Shown: one piece after another, positions 9,826 through 20,605 of the stretch
Position numbering within the stretch: the first letter of the stretch is position 1
How the letters are laid out: each line of letters opens with the position of its first letter
DNA from: an uncultured Bdellovibrionales bacterium
GTDB taxonomy: Bacteria > Patescibacteriota > Minisyncoccia > Moranbacterales > UBA9337
Assembly (NCBI GenBank): GCA_964605525.1
Contig: CAZSCV010000001.1
Span: 18,424-82,423, forward strand
Length of the DNA stretch: 64,000 bases
Direction of reading: 5' to 3'
The notes under the pieces: model-generated
Database searches by the model: none
Told to the model about the DNA's origin: nothing
The model's input: the letters and a program-made list of their open reading frames with translations, nothing else
Translations under genes and position numbers: made by a program

Positions 9826-12800
9826 TCACAATCCTATATTGCTTGTCCAACTAAAGATGTTCTGGAAATTATTAGTAATAACTTGAATGATATTCTTTTT
9901 GTCTTTCGGGGTGAGCACTCCGCGATCTTGAGTAATTGAAACATTGCCCGTTTTGTCCTCGGCTTTGACGTTAAAATAATACGCAAGACCTTGTTCTAAC
10001 GTTGTGATAACAGCGGTATGTTTTAAGGTGTAATCCTCACTAGCAACAACTTCACGCTTATTTCCACCAATTCCCTCGCGATAAATAAACATAGTTTTGG
10101 ATGGTTCATCAGTATCCCAAGACAAAATAGTCTGCACTTTTCCCGCTTGCGACAGAGCAGAAGTTGTTCGCAAGTTTTCAATTACGGGAGGGTTTTCATC
10201 CTTGTTTGTAGTATACTTATCAATTTCTTTTTCAGTAGTATTTCCTTCCTTATCGCGAACTTTTACCGATAATTTATACATCACTCCCGATTCCAAATTT
10301 CCCACCTCCAAAGAATGTTCCGTCTTTTGTTCCGGAGATCCTTGAAAATGTTGATCTTCCTCTTTTTCAACATTTGTCAAAGTGACAAAAGCATCGGCTT
10401 CAATATTGGTTTTAAATGAAACTTTAATATTATGTTCGTCAATGGAATCAACCTTAAAATCTTGCACTTCAGGAGGAGCGGGCGTGGAAAACGTATATTC
10501 GGATGAAGAATAAATATTCGAAGATGAGTCTTCTCCTTTGATGCGGAAATAATATTTCGTCCCGGCATTCAAACTGGTCAGATTTATTGCATGCGCCTTG
10601 GATCGGTCGCTATCCTTGGTGATTTCTTTGTCCATTTCTCTACTTTTTCCATATTCCAATTGCGATGTAGCATTGGCGGATGTTTCCCAGGAAACAGTAG
10701 CACTGTCATAATTCACATCAATCACTTCAACATTGAAAATATCAGAAGCTGCCGAAGTTGTGAATGTGTCCGCATCCGACTGTCCGGTATTTCCCAACGA
10801 GTCAACGCTTTTTACATAAAAAGTATATTTTGTGTTAGGCGTCAAATCATTAATTGTAATTTCATGATTAGTAGTAAGAGTGGTTGTATCTCCTTGATCC
10901 TTATAATTTCCTCCTTCCGGTTTATATACAACAACAGAAGTTGCTTCCTTGTCCGTTTTCCAAGAAACCGTAACACTATTAGACAGTGTTTTGGAAACTG
11001 TGGCACTGGCGGAAGAAATATCCGGCGCGGTATACGCCCCCGTAATAAACCCTGCCAAATCCGTATCTTCCGTCGCTGCTCCCAATGTTTTAAAAGTGTA
11101 ATCTCCCGATTCATCTGAATTAGCGGAAGCGTCTTTGGAAATAACTTGATAATGATATGTCGTTCCGGAATCCAAATCTTCCAATAATACATTATGATTA
11201 GTAATCATATCAGTATTTTCAGATGTGGTACTGGAATAGTTCTCGGTTTTTCCATATCTCACCTTTGAAGTTGACACTTCGTTTGTCGTCCAATTGATCA
11301 GTGCTTGGTTTTTTCCGATCAATACTGCCTGAACATTGGAAATGTCCGGCACTTGACTGTCAACTCCCTCGCCCAAAGTTGAACATTCTTCAATATCCGA
11401 CGCACTCACTCCACCCTCGACATTTTCGGAAAGAACCTGATAATAATATTTCACCTGCGGCAATAAGCTTCCAATAGTAACACTGTGCTCTTCTTTTTTC
11501 TCATCCTCTCCTTTTTTGAAATAATCCGCCAAATCATCATCCTCGGAATAAATCACAAAAGCATCTGCATCTTCATTCGTGTCCCATGAAATTGTCAACT
11601 GATTGTTCCCGGAAGTACAATCGGGACCCGAGGAGATATCTGGACCGGATACCGTTTCAAAAGTGTAGTAAGCGCCTCCGTTGTCATACAAGTTGTAATT
11701 TCCGTTTTCATCTTGCAATTTTATTTTGAAATAATAAGTTCTTCCTTGACTCAAATTTTTCAAATTTATCGAATGGGTGGTCGTAAAAGATTTACTGGAA
11801 GACTTTTCTTCATAGTCATCGGAAGAAAAATCTTCCACACTGTCAGAATAATAAATCGAAACAATTGAATCACTATCTGAAACCACGGAAATTTCAGCAT
11901 TATCAGAAGAAGTATCCGAAACAGAATATGTGCTTAATCCTGGAGCAGATGAATCTATCAGTGATTCTGTTGTAAATTTTATCATTGAACTGTCCGCAGT
12001 GTAAAAATATATATCGTTATTAGCAGAATCAACTAATTTAATTCGGTAATAATAAACTTGATTAGATTGCAGATTTTCCAAATAAAATACATGAGTAATT
12101 GAAGCGGTGTCGTTATCCACATAATTATCACAAGTATCCACGTCGCTGATTTGATTTGCTTCATAGCAAAGTCTGGCGGTCGTCTGAGTATTTCCGGAGA
12201 AATAAATCACCGCCTCGGTTTCGCCGGTAATCAAAACGTTAGCACTGGTCGGATCATCAGGAGCAATCAAGTCCGGATGATCTTCTTGCTTTGCCAAAGT
12301 GGAAAAATTGAATTCGTCCGATTCGCTTTGATTTCCATTGATATCCCTAGCTTGAATTTTGTAAGTATATACGGTATTCCTGGAAAGATTATCCAAAACC
12401 ACCGCTCGCTCCATTGTATATGTTTGGCTCCAGCTCGGATCATTATATGAATCACTGGATTTTTTGTACAGGACCCGACTTACCGCTTTCTCGTCAGTTA
12501 TCCATTTAATCACCCCCTTAGTGTCGGTTTTTATTATCGGAGCGCCAAAAACTGCATCGTTCGGAATAATCGTTGGAGCTGCCTGATCATTGTCAGTTCG
12601 AAAATTAAAATAGTGAATTACTCCACGCTCGGGATTTTTGTCCGTGTCATTATCTGCTTCGACATAAAAATAATATTTAGTATTAACAGAAAGTCCGACA
12701 ATATCCGCTTGGCAAATTAAAGTATCGCCGTCGCATTCCGCCGACTGATTGTCCGACGAAGAGAAATCCGGAACATCGCCACTTGTTTGATTAGTATAAT

Positions 12801-15800
12801 AAACTTTTGCCACAGTCGGATTTTCACTCACTGCCCATCTGACAACTGCCTGAGTGTTATATATCTCCGGAATTGTCACGCTACTAATTTGAGCGCCAGA
12901 ACTGGTCAATTCGGTCACGTCATCCGTATCACTATTACCATTAAGATTAGATGATTTGGCGCGAAAATTATATTCAGTGCCGACATCCAATCCGGTGATT
13001 ACTACTTCATGCTCTTCTCCCATTGTCGCCACCGTCACTGATGAACTAGTGCCCTCATTGATAGCGTTAGTGGAATAATATACCTTTGAATCCGAAACTA
13101 CACTACTAGTATTCCAAGTCAATTTCATCCAAGTCGTTCCTTTGTCCGCCACCACCAAGTTTGTGATGCTGGGAGTGGAGGTGATTCCCGAACCTCCTGA
13201 TCCGTCGGGAATAGTGGAATCAATTGAACTGTAGGTTGAAACATTGGCAATATCGTCTTCGCAAGTCAAGCGATAATAATATCGATGATTTTCATCAACG
13301 GCTGTATCCACATAGTAGTTAATCAGATTGTCGATATTTTCATCATAAACTACCTCCGTCCAATCAGAAACCACTCCGGAATCATTAGTCGTACTAACTG
13401 TGCTTCCGCGATACAAATGATACTGAGCAAAGTCATTATTTAAATCGGTATTGACTTCCCAAGAAACAAAAATTCTGTTTTCAATCGGAGTAATATTGTC
13501 ATTGCTGGCATCTTGCGCTTTCACTCCACTCGGAACACCCGGAGAATCAGTGTCATATACAATTGCATCCGAAGATGTAATTGAAATATTTCCATTGGCA
13601 TCACGAAATTGCGCGTAAACAGTTTTACTTCCATCGCCAGCGGTTCCTCCATAAGTTGCATCGAGAATATTCCACTGGGTTTTTGAAACGGCATAGTCTT
13701 CCCAGCTTTTCCAGTCGCTGCCGTTATTTGAAAATCTCATTTGATATCCACTTTGATTATCCTCGGTTGTACTGATAATCAAATCTTCGGTATCGTCATT
13801 GGTTTTGTTCGCGTTTGCCGTTGATGAATCAACCGAGAAAGAATTAACTGTCGGATTTTTCGTGTCAATAGGAAATCCCGCCACATTCGATTCGCCGGTT
13901 CCGACTTGATTGGCGGCATTTCCGTCGTTTGCTGAAATCATTATTCTGGCGGATTCATAATACACATTTGGCAAATCGGTTTTAATTGTCCATGAAACAG
14001 TTTTTCCGCTTCCATTGTCAATTCCCGCGCCGACATCTCCAGTAACAGAAACGCCCTTAAACCAAATAGCTTCTCCGCTAAGATGATTTACTGTACGAGT
14101 ACTGTTGGCACCTCGAGTAATACCAATCAAATCATTGCCAGACTTTCCGGTATATTCGATCTGCTCTTTTTCAATTTGAATCGTTCCGCTACTTGGTAAA
14201 CTTGCCGTATTGGAAACAGTAATTGCCGTCGAATCACTCGCGATAAAATCTTCCTCAAGAGTTGCTCCCAAATCCGCCAAAACAGAAATAGTTTGCGCAG
14301 ATGTGTCTGAATCTGCAACATCATAGGAAACGTTCACGATTCCGGAGGCGTCCTGAGAGGCAATCACCGATCCAACAAGAGGAGCAACATTAACCACATA
14401 TTGCAATTCCGCGCGCGTAACTGTTGCCGATTGACCTCCATTATCAGTTTCTAGAATTATTTTGTATTGCATCCATTGATCATCCGTTCCGTCCCCAATA
14501 TTTATTTCAGCGGGAATAAAACAATCAACTGTTCTGGTTCCCGCATTAACAGTTGACGAACAATTTACCGCATCACTACTTGAAAAATAACTCGATCCCG
14601 TTCCATCCGGTCCAACAAACCCAGTAACAGATCCGGTTTCCGGCGCATCATTTCCAGCATTGGTTGGAGCTGTTTGCGCTTGAAATTTCACGTCAGTCCC
14701 AGATGGAAGATTCTCTTCTTCTTCCCAGATAATATTAGTGAAAGCATTTGTTTCGTCAGAAGCATTATACCAAGAACCCACAAGTGATTGTGTTACGAGT
14801 AATCCGGAAAAATTGCTAATTCTTTCAAATTGAACGGATATATCATTTAATGTCGGGGTTTGGGTTTGATCGGTTGAAGATGTAAGTGTTGCCTGATATT
14901 GAACATATCGCTGCCCATCCGTCACGCAACTGTTTGCAGAAATATCCGCTCCGCTAGAAACCGCTTCGCAACTTGCCCAATCAGTTGCGCCACTCATATC
15001 CAAGTTATCGGAAGTCCTCGCTTTCACGGAAACGGATGAACCGACTGGCGTTGTGTTGGCGTTATATGCCAAATTTCCAAAAGAAATATTTCCTAAGGTG
15101 TCATAAATTGAAGAAGTGTAATTTCCTGTCGTTTGATAATTACTTACATCCACATCGACATTTATTTGGTCCAGCGTCGGGGTTGCGGTTCCCGGACCGG
15201 TAAGTGTCGCCTGGTACCAAAGATACTGGTCGCTTGAACTGGCGCAAGTGGAATTCAAAGCGATAGGAGAAGTGCTTCCATCGCAAGTGTCCGCCGCGAA
15301 ACTCGGCGGAGTGACGGCGCTACTTCCCGATTTGACCTTCACGGTAATATCCCCGCCATTTGATGTTTCGTTCCAAGCGAACGAATTCCACGTCCTGCCA
15401 CCGGTATTTCCGGAAGAAACATACGAAGTATAAGTTCCAGAAAGGTTATAAGAAACATCCGAACATATACAAAGAATCGGCTGAGAAAAAGTACATCCTC
15501 TACTAGACCGCTGTATCCAATCGCTAGTCTGATATCCTATATATCCAGACATACCATTAGATGTCGGGCAATGATAAGTAAGATTATATGACCCACCGTA
15601 ATTTGAATTTGACCACCAATATCCAGAAAAATAATCCAATCCAGTGTTAATATATGACGGAATAGTGCCATCGAGCATATCCGCCCAAGTATTTGTAAAA
15701 AGAGTAGAAGTACCACTAGACTTACTATATTTATAAATAGGACTATTGCTATCAAATCGACCCGTGACTCCATCGGAATCAACATCGATCGTCTGCATAT

Positions 15801-16653
15801 CCTGTATTTCATCGTTTACATCAGTGCTTATAAACCCTTTAACGGATCCGGTATCGCAATTTGGCCTGTTAACACTAGAAGAACACATAGAATCAACGGA
15901 ACTTCGAAGAATATTAGTTCCCAGCATACTGCCTCCTAAATACAAAGTTGATTTTCCGGCAGCAGTTGATAATTTAATACCCGCACCATTACCTACTACT
16001 CCATTTTGCCTCGTATTGGAAAAAGTTCCATACCCCCATCCCCCCTGCTGTCCACTACTGGAAACGGTTGATGTGTCATCGGTTTGCGTGACAGAATAAT
16101 TCGTTACAAATGTATCCAATTGAACAAATCCTTCTGCTCCGCTTCCGCTCATCGCTGTCTGACTAACCGTTCCTGCGTTAAAATCCGTATCCGTCGTCTG
16201 CGTCCAGGATACCGCCTCTGAAGATAAAGTTACTCCATCGCCATCAGCAGTAATATCTTCATCCTTGGAAGCATATTTATCCCAATTGGAAACCGGGGTT
16301 GTTTGATGCGCGACATAATCATTCGGAAAGGCTCCGCCCGTCCAACTGCTCTGCTGCCAATTAAAAGTTGCCGCCTGCGATTTGAACACCGGCAAAATCA
16401 GTTGAATAATTAAAGTAGAAATCACAATAACCGAAATAGCCGAAGACAGGCTTAGTGTCACCCGGCGCACTTTTTTCTGGTATTTTTTTAGTGCAATATA
16501 TGAATCGAAATAAATATCGCACCTCACCTCCCCATCCGGATTCTGATGGCACTGCTGAATGCGAAAGTGGTTATCTTTGGCGCTACGAAAAATCAAATGA
16601 AAATAATCTTTGATTTTTATTTTAATTTTTTCTGTTTTTTGTTTTGAATCCAT
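9826..16653 (-). CDS. 2275-aa surface protein with many FN3 (purple-acid-phosphatase-like) repeats
   Basis: N-terminal TM/signal; repeated W.T.E...S.V.Y....H...L..L...T.YY...S.D..GN units; Ser/Thr/Asp-rich. Confidence 0.85.
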   Translation of the reverse strand: MDSKQKTEKIKIKIKDYFHLIFRSAKDNHFRIQQCHQNPDGEVRCDIYFDSYIALKKYQKKVRRVTLSLSSAISVIVISTLIIQLILPVFKSQAATFNWQQSSWTGGAFPNDYVAHQTTPVSNWDKYASKDEDITADGDGVTLSSEAVSWTQTTDTDFNAGTVSQTAMSGSGAEGFVQLDTFVTNYSVTQTDDTSTVSSSGQQGGWGYGTFSNTRQNGVVGNGAGIKLSTAAGKSTLYLGGSMLGTNILRSSVDSMCSSSVNRPNCDTGSVKGFISTDVNDEIQDMQTIDVDSDGVTGRFDSNSPIYKYSKSSGTSTLFTNTWADMLDGTIPSYINTGLDYFSGYWWSNSNYGGSYNLTYHCPTSNGMSGYIGYQTSDWIQRSSRGCTFSQPILCICSDVSYNLSGTYTSYVSSGNTGGRTWNSFAWNETSNGGDITVKVKSGSSAVTPPSFAADTCDGSTSPIALNSTCASSSDQYLWYQATLTGPGTATPTLDQINVDVDVSNYQTTGNYTSSIYDTLGNISFGNLAYNANTTPVGSSVSVKARTSDNLDMSGATDWASCEAVSSGADISANSCVTDGQRYVQYQATLTSSTDQTQTPTLNDISVQFERISNFSGLLVTQSLVGSWYNASDETNAFTNIIWEEEENLPSGTDVKFQAQTAPTNAGNDAPETGSVTGFVGPDGTGSSYFSSSDAVNCSSTVNAGTRTVDCFIPAEINIGDGTDDQWMQYKIILETDNGGQSATVTRAELQYVVNVAPLVGSVIASQDASGIVNVSYDVADSDTSAQTISVLADLGATLEEDFIASDSTAITVSNTASLPSSGTIQIEKEQIEYTGKSGNDLIGITRGANSTRTVNHLSGEAIWFKGVSVTGDVGAGIDNGSGKTVSWTIKTDLPNVYYESARIMISANDGNAANQVGTGESNVAGFPIDTKNPTVNSFSVDSSTANANKTNDDTEDLIISTTEDNQSGYQMRFSNNGSDWKSWEDYAVSKTQWNILDATYGGTAGDGSKTVYAQFRDANGNISITSSDAIVYDTDSPGVPSGVKAQDASNDNITPIENRIFVSWEVNTDLNNDFAQYHLYRGSTVSTTNDSGVVSDWTEVVYDENIDNLINYYVDTAVDENHRYYYRLTCEDDIANVSTYSSIDSTIPDGSGGSGITSTPSITNLVVADKGTTWMKLTWNTSSVVSDSKVYYSTNAINEGTSSSVTVATMGEEHEVVITGLDVGTEYNFRAKSSNLNGNSDTDDVTELTSSGAQISSVTIPEIYNTQAVVRWAVSENPTVAKVYYTNQTSGDVPDFSSSDNQSAECDGDTLICQADIVGLSVNTKYYFYVEADNDTDKNPERGVIHYFNFRTDNDQAAPTIIPNDAVFGAPIIKTDTKGVIKWITDEKAVSRVLYKKSSDSYNDPSWSQTYTMERAVVLDNLSRNTVYTYKIQARDINGNQSESDEFNFSTLAKQEDHPDLIAPDDPTSANVLITGETEAVIYFSGNTQTTARLCYEANQISDVDTCDNYVDNDTASITHVFYLENLQSNQVYYYRIKLVDSANNDIYFYTADSSMIKFTTESLIDSSAPGLSTYSVSDTSSDNAEISVVSDSDSIVSIYYSDSVEDFSSDDYEEKSSSKSFTTTHSINLKNLSQGRTYYFKIKLQDENGNYNLYDNGGAYYTFETVSGPDISSGPDCTSGNNQLTISWDTNEDADAFVIYSEDDDLADYFKKGEDEKKEEHSVTIGSLLPQVKYYYQVLSENVEGGVSASDIEECSTLGEGVDSQVPDISNVQAVLIGKNQALINWTTNEVSTSKVRYGKTENYSSTTSENTDMITNHNVLLEDLDSGTTYHYQVISKDASANSDESGDYTFKTLGAATEDTDLAGFITGAYTAPDISSASATVSKTLSNSVTVSWKTDKEATSVVVYKPEGGNYKDQGDTTTLTTNHEITINDLTPNTKYTFYVKSVDSLGNTGQSDADTFTTSAASDIFNVEVIDVNYDSATVSWETSANATSQLEYGKSREMDKEITKDSDRSKAHAINLTSLNAGTKYYFRIKGEDSSSNIYSSSEYTFSTPAPPEVQDFKVDSIDEHNIKVSFKTNIEADAFVTLTNVEKEEDQHFQGSPEQKTEHSLEVGNLESGVMYKLSVKVRDKEGNTTEKEIDKYTTNKDENPPVIENLRTTSALSQAGKVQTILSWDTDEPSKTMFIYREGIGGNKREVVASEDYTLKHTAVITTLEQGLAYYFNVKAEDKTGNVSITQDRGVLTPKDKKNIIQVITNNFQNIFSWTSNIGL

Positions 16654-16708
16654 TTTTTAAAAAATGTTTACTTTAAAAATATAGCATACATTTTAAAAAA
16701 ATAAAATT

Positions 16709-16999
16709 TCAACTTCTGACAACGAGCTCAATGACTTCTTTTTTTCCTATTTCTTTGTTTATTTTTCCGATAATTTTTTCCCGGTCCAACATAATTTCAC
16801 TCGCCCAAGCGGAACTGTGCGTTTTAATAAACAGTTTTCCTTTTTTGAAATAATCCGGTCTAACCCTAACAATTCCGGTTTGTCCGTATTCATTTTTAAT
16901 AATTCTGTCAAAAATATAAAAAATTGTCTTGTCGTCCAAGGCAATTTCCTTAACTATCTTTTTGTTTCTTTTTTTAATAAGACTATTTAGAGCTTTCAT
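16709..16999 (-). CDS. dciA: DciA/DUF721 helicase-loader family protein
   Basis: FKKGKLFIKTHSSAWASEIMLDREKIIGKINKEIG motif; directly downstream of dnaN. Confidence 0.75.
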   Translation of the reverse strand: MKALNSLIKKRNKKIVKEIALDDKTIFYIFDRIIKNEYGQTGIVRVRPDYFKKGKLFIKTHSSAWASEIMLDREKIIGKINKEIGKKEVIELVVRS

Positions 17000-17016
17000 T
17001 TCGATTATTTTTTACT

Positions 17017-18162
17017 CTAATTTTTTACCGGCATCACAATATACACATATCCATCTTCAACTGTTCCATCTTTTTCGCTTATTGATCTGATTCCTACGGG
17101 AGAATGATTATTATTAGCCAAAATAGCCACCTGGGTGGAGTGAATCGTACCCAATCCATCCAAAACATAACGCGGATTCAAAACTATTTCCTGATCCGGA
17201 CCGACAACATCAGCCTCAAAAACAGCCTCATTCTCACCATAACTTTGAGAATGGGAACTGACGGACAATTTTTTTTCACTTATTGCAAGTTTCATTTCAC
17301 CACTGCGATTATCCGTAAAAATACTTGCTATTTTGGTTGCCCGTAAAAAATCATTTTTTGCCATCACCACTCTTGTCTCAAATTTTTGGGGAAGAATTTG
17401 CCTATAATCCGGATATTTTCCGTTAATTAATCGCGAAACCAACTGGATTCCGTCCAATTCAAAAAATATTTGATTGTCTTCTACAAAAATTTTGACATTC
17501 TTATCCTCGTTTCCAATAATCCGCAACAATTCAAACATTGTACCGGATGGAATTATTATGGAAGTTTCTTTTTCAATATAATTATTGTACTCCTCTCCAT
17601 AATTTCCTTCTTTCAAAACTATCGTCGCTTCTGCCAATCTGAAACTATCCGTAGCTGCCAAAGAGATGCGATCCTTTTCCAAAAACATATTAATTCCCGT
17701 AAACTCAAGCCTGGTCTCGCCAAAAGCGATGCAAGATGAAACCTGGGAAACCGCCTCCTTTATTTCTATTGAATTCAAAATTAACAAACAATCACTTTTC
17801 GGCTCAGGAATGATTGGAAATTCATTTGAGTCAAATCCATTTATTTTTACCTGGTATTGACCGCAAGATACAATTAAAATTTGCCCGGAAACCTCAAGAT
17901 TAATACTTTCTTGAGCAGAAAGATTGGAAGCAAAATTGCTTAATATCTTGGCAGGAACAGTAATTTTTCCCTCTCGCTCAATCTTAGCTCCAATGCTTGA
18001 AAATACACCAATTTCAAGATTAGTAGCCAAAAAACGCAACCGCCCTTTGCTAGTTTCAATTAAAATATTATTCAAGATCGGCAAAGTAGCTTGTTTTCCG
18101 GTAACCTTTTCCGTATTAAAAACAGCTTTTTTAAAATTTTCCTGCGTACAAGTAACTTTCAT
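17017..18162 (-). CDS. dnaN: DNA polymerase III beta sliding clamp
   Basis: TLPILNNILI, ATNLEIG, AATDSFRLAE, SRLINGKYPDY, YIVMPV. Confidence 0.97.
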   Translation of the reverse strand: MKVTCTQENFKKAVFNTEKVTGKQATLPILNNILIETSKGRLRFLATNLEIGVFSSIGAKIEREGKITVPAKILSNFASNLSAQESINLEVSGQILIVSCGQYQVKINGFDSNEFPIIPEPKSDCLLILNSIEIKEAVSQVSSCIAFGETRLEFTGINMFLEKDRISLAATDSFRLAEATIVLKEGNYGEEYNNYIEKETSIIIPSGTMFELLRIIGNEDKNVKIFVEDNQIFFELDGIQLVSRLINGKYPDYRQILPQKFETRVVMAKNDFLRATKIASIFTDNRSGEMKLAISEKKLSVSSHSQSYGENEAVFEADVVGPDQEIVLNPRYVLDGLGTIHSTQVAILANNNHSPVGIRSISEKDGTVEDGYVYIVMPVKN

Positions 18163-18237
18163 TCTGTTCGTAAATCATGAAACGCATTTTTTTCCGGCAA
18201 ACACAACGGGATATTATGCGTGTCAAGATATGTGTAA

Positions 18238-19644
18238 TTAGTTAAAACTGAAAATTTTATTCTTTAAGATTTTTATATCCTCTTCTAATTTTTCATCTTC
18301 TTTTATTTGCCTGCTTATTTTCTTAAATGCATGCAGTGCCGTTGTGTGGTCCCTTCCTCCAAAAATCTCTCCGATGCCAGGATACGACGCATTTAATTCA
18401 GTTCGAATCAAATACATAGCTATTTGCCTGGGAACAGCTACCCTTTTTTTTCTTCCCTTATTTGCAAGTTCTTTTTCTTCGACTCCATAAAATTCTGCAA
18501 TTACTTTAATAATATCAGCATGATTAATTCCTTTCTTTTTTCTGCTGGCGATAATATCAGACAAAACTTCCTTAACGTAAACCATCGAAGGAGTTTTTTT
18601 ATTCAAATCGCAACTGGCTATTACTCTATTTAATGCTCCCTCCAATTCTCGAATATTGTTTTTTATATTTTCTGCAATAAACCTTACTACATCCTCCTCA
18701 AGGAAGAAATTTTTTTCAGCTGATTTTGCCCGTAAAATCGCCATTCTTGTTTCCAAATCCGGACTGCAAACATCCACAATCATCCCTCCCTCAAACCGGC
18801 TTCGCAAGCGATCCTCGAGAACTTGAATTTCCCGGGGAGGTCTGTCGCTACTAATTACAATTTGCTTATTAAGTTGATATAAAAAATTGAAAATATGGAA
18901 AAAAATATCCTGCGTTTTTTCTTTTCCAGAAATAAATTGAATATCATCGATTATCAACAAGCTTATTTTTTGATATTTCTCCTTAAATTGGTCAATTTTT
19001 TGATTTTTAATCGAATCTACCAATTCCGTAGTAAATCTTTCCGAAGAAATATAAATAATATTTTTTTCTGGATTTTTTTGAATAACCTCATTGCCGATTG
19101 CTTGCAAAAGATGGGTTTTCCCTAGTCCGACACCTCCATAAATAAATAATGGATTATACGTATTTCCCAGTTCTTGAGAAACAGCATAACATGCCGCCCT
19201 GGCTAATTCATTATTTTCTCCGACAATGAAATTTTCAAAGGTATATCTGGGATTTATTTGATAAAAAGCTTGCTTTTGCTGGGCTACTCTATATGTATTT
19301 TCTGCGTTATTCAAATCTACTGTATTATTCGTTCGAATGCCGGAAGATTTTTTTATCATATCAATACTCTTTCCGGACATATTTTTTTCTTGCGGATTAT
19401 AAATCATACAGCTGAGCTCCCTGACATCCTCCTGAAAATTACGAATAGCCTTAACTATATTGGCATTAAATTTGTTTTCCAACCATTCCTTGGCAAATCC
19501 ATTCGGCACGCCAACAACAACCTTACCGCTTTCATTAGAAAGAATGACGGTATCCTTAAACCAAGTAATAAATTGCGCTCTTGAAATAGAAAGCTCTATT
19601 TCTCCCAATACAGCCTGCCAAAGTTCTTCGTTGCTCATTGCCAT
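18238..19644 (-). CDS. dnaA: Chromosomal replication initiator DnaA
   Basis: YNPLFIYGGVGLGKTHLLQAIGN, LIIDDIQF, RLRSRFEGG, NIRELEGAL, GGRDHTT. Confidence 0.98.
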   Translation of the reverse strand: MAMSNEELWQAVLGEIELSISRAQFITWFKDTVILSNESGKVVVGVPNGFAKEWLENKFNANIVKAIRNFQEDVRELSCMIYNPQEKNMSGKSIDMIKKSSGIRTNNTVDLNNAENTYRVAQQKQAFYQINPRYTFENFIVGENNELARAACYAVSQELGNTYNPLFIYGGVGLGKTHLLQAIGNEVIQKNPEKNIIYISSERFTTELVDSIKNQKIDQFKEKYQKISLLIIDDIQFISGKEKTQDIFFHIFNFLYQLNKQIVISSDRPPREIQVLEDRLRSRFEGGMIVDVCSPDLETRMAILRAKSAEKNFFLEEDVVRFIAENIKNNIRELEGALNRVIASCDLNKKTPSMVYVKEVLSDIIASRKKKGINHADIIKVIAEFYGVEEKELANKGRKKRVAVPRQIAMYLIRTELNASYPGIGEIFGGRDHTTALHAFKKISRQIKEDEKLEEDIKILKNKIFSFN

Positions 19645-19729
19645 TTTTTTGGTAAATAATGCGGATTAGTTAAGACATCTGCAAATCTATGCAAGTGAGG
19701 TAAGTAAAATGGATTATAGCATAATGAAG

Positions 19730-19792
19730 TTATTCACACTATATTTCTTGTGTATAAATCTGTTGATAACCTGTGTAAAAAAATTATCCACC
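19730..19792. promoter_or_regulatory. DnaA-box cluster upstream of dnaA
   Basis: TTATTCACA 19730, TGTGTATAA 19749, TGTTGATAA 19761, TGTGTAAAA 19772, TTATCCACC 19784. Confidence 0.8.
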
Positions 19793-19892
19793 CTCTTTAT
19801 ATTTTTTATTATACCTCAAATATCCTTTTGTTATCAATAAAATATACCAATTATTTTTTATTAACATTTTTTCTAAAAAACTGTGAGCATTA

Positions 19893-19921
19893 TTGACCTT
19901 TTTCTTTTATGCTGATATACT
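19893..19921 (+). promoter_or_regulatory. Sigma70-type promoter for rpmH operon
   Basis: TTGACC-17 nt-TATACT. Confidence 0.6.
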
Positions 19922-20000
19922 ACACATCAGTCATAATCATAAAGCTCAATCTACAACAGTCTTAATTCTAACAGTCAGGGCTGTTTAGCTGAACAATTCG

Positions 20001-20141
20001 ATGTCTACAAAAAGAACATACCAACCGAAAAAACTTCGAAGAAAAAGAAGGCATGGATTCACAAAGAGAATGTCTACTAAAAACGGACAGGAAGTGATAA
20101 AAAGAAGACGCCAGAAAGGGAGAAAAGTTCTTTCGGCTTAA
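20001..20141 (+). CDS. rpmH: 50S ribosomal protein L34
   Basis: Below ORF-track cutoff; [46 protein letters not shown]. Confidence 0.97.
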   Translation: MSTKRTYQPKKLRRKRRHGFTKRMSTKNGQEVIKRRRQKGRKVLSA

Positions 20142-20155
20142 TCTTAGTCAGCTCA

Positions 20156-20506
20156 ATGTTACCAAAAAAGAATCGCCTGCTAAAATCAGAAGACTTCAAA
20201 AATACTTCCTCACGCGGAAGCTATTTTTCTTTTCAAAATCTCTCCTTGAAATTCAAAAAAAACAACCTGCCCTACTCTCGCATAGGTTTTTCGATAGGAA
20301 AAACCATTTCTTCAAAGGCAGTCGAACGCAATCGCGTCAAGCGACTTCTCAGAGAATCTTTTCATCAATTTTTACTAGAAATTACCCCCGGATTCGATAT
20401 TGTGGTATATTTTAAGAGAGATAATGAATCGTCCATACTAATTGATGGTAAAAAAACTTCCGAGAGGATACATTTTTTACTAAAAAAAACAGGTTTGCTC
20501 AAGTAA
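20156..20506 (+). CDS. rnpA: Ribonuclease P protein component
   Basis: MLPKKNRL, SRIGFSIGK, KAVERNRVKRLLRE (RNR motif); follows rpmH. Confidence 0.95.
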   Translation: MLPKKNRLLKSEDFKNTSSRGSYFSFQNLSLKFKKNNLPYSRIGFSIGKTISSKAVERNRVKRLLRESFHQFLLEITPGFDIVVYFKRDNESSILIDGKKTSERIHFLLKKTGLLK

Positions 20507-20605
20507 AAAGTTAATTTTTCTAAAAAATAATACTCGATAGCTCTGGATTAATCTTTTGTAATTTATTAAATTGCATTGAAAAAATCTTAAGCGCGCAAAA
20601 ATAAA

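Noticed and set aside
15461-15950. Diversity-generating retroelement target
   Set aside because: No reverse transcriptase or template-repeat copy found in the window.
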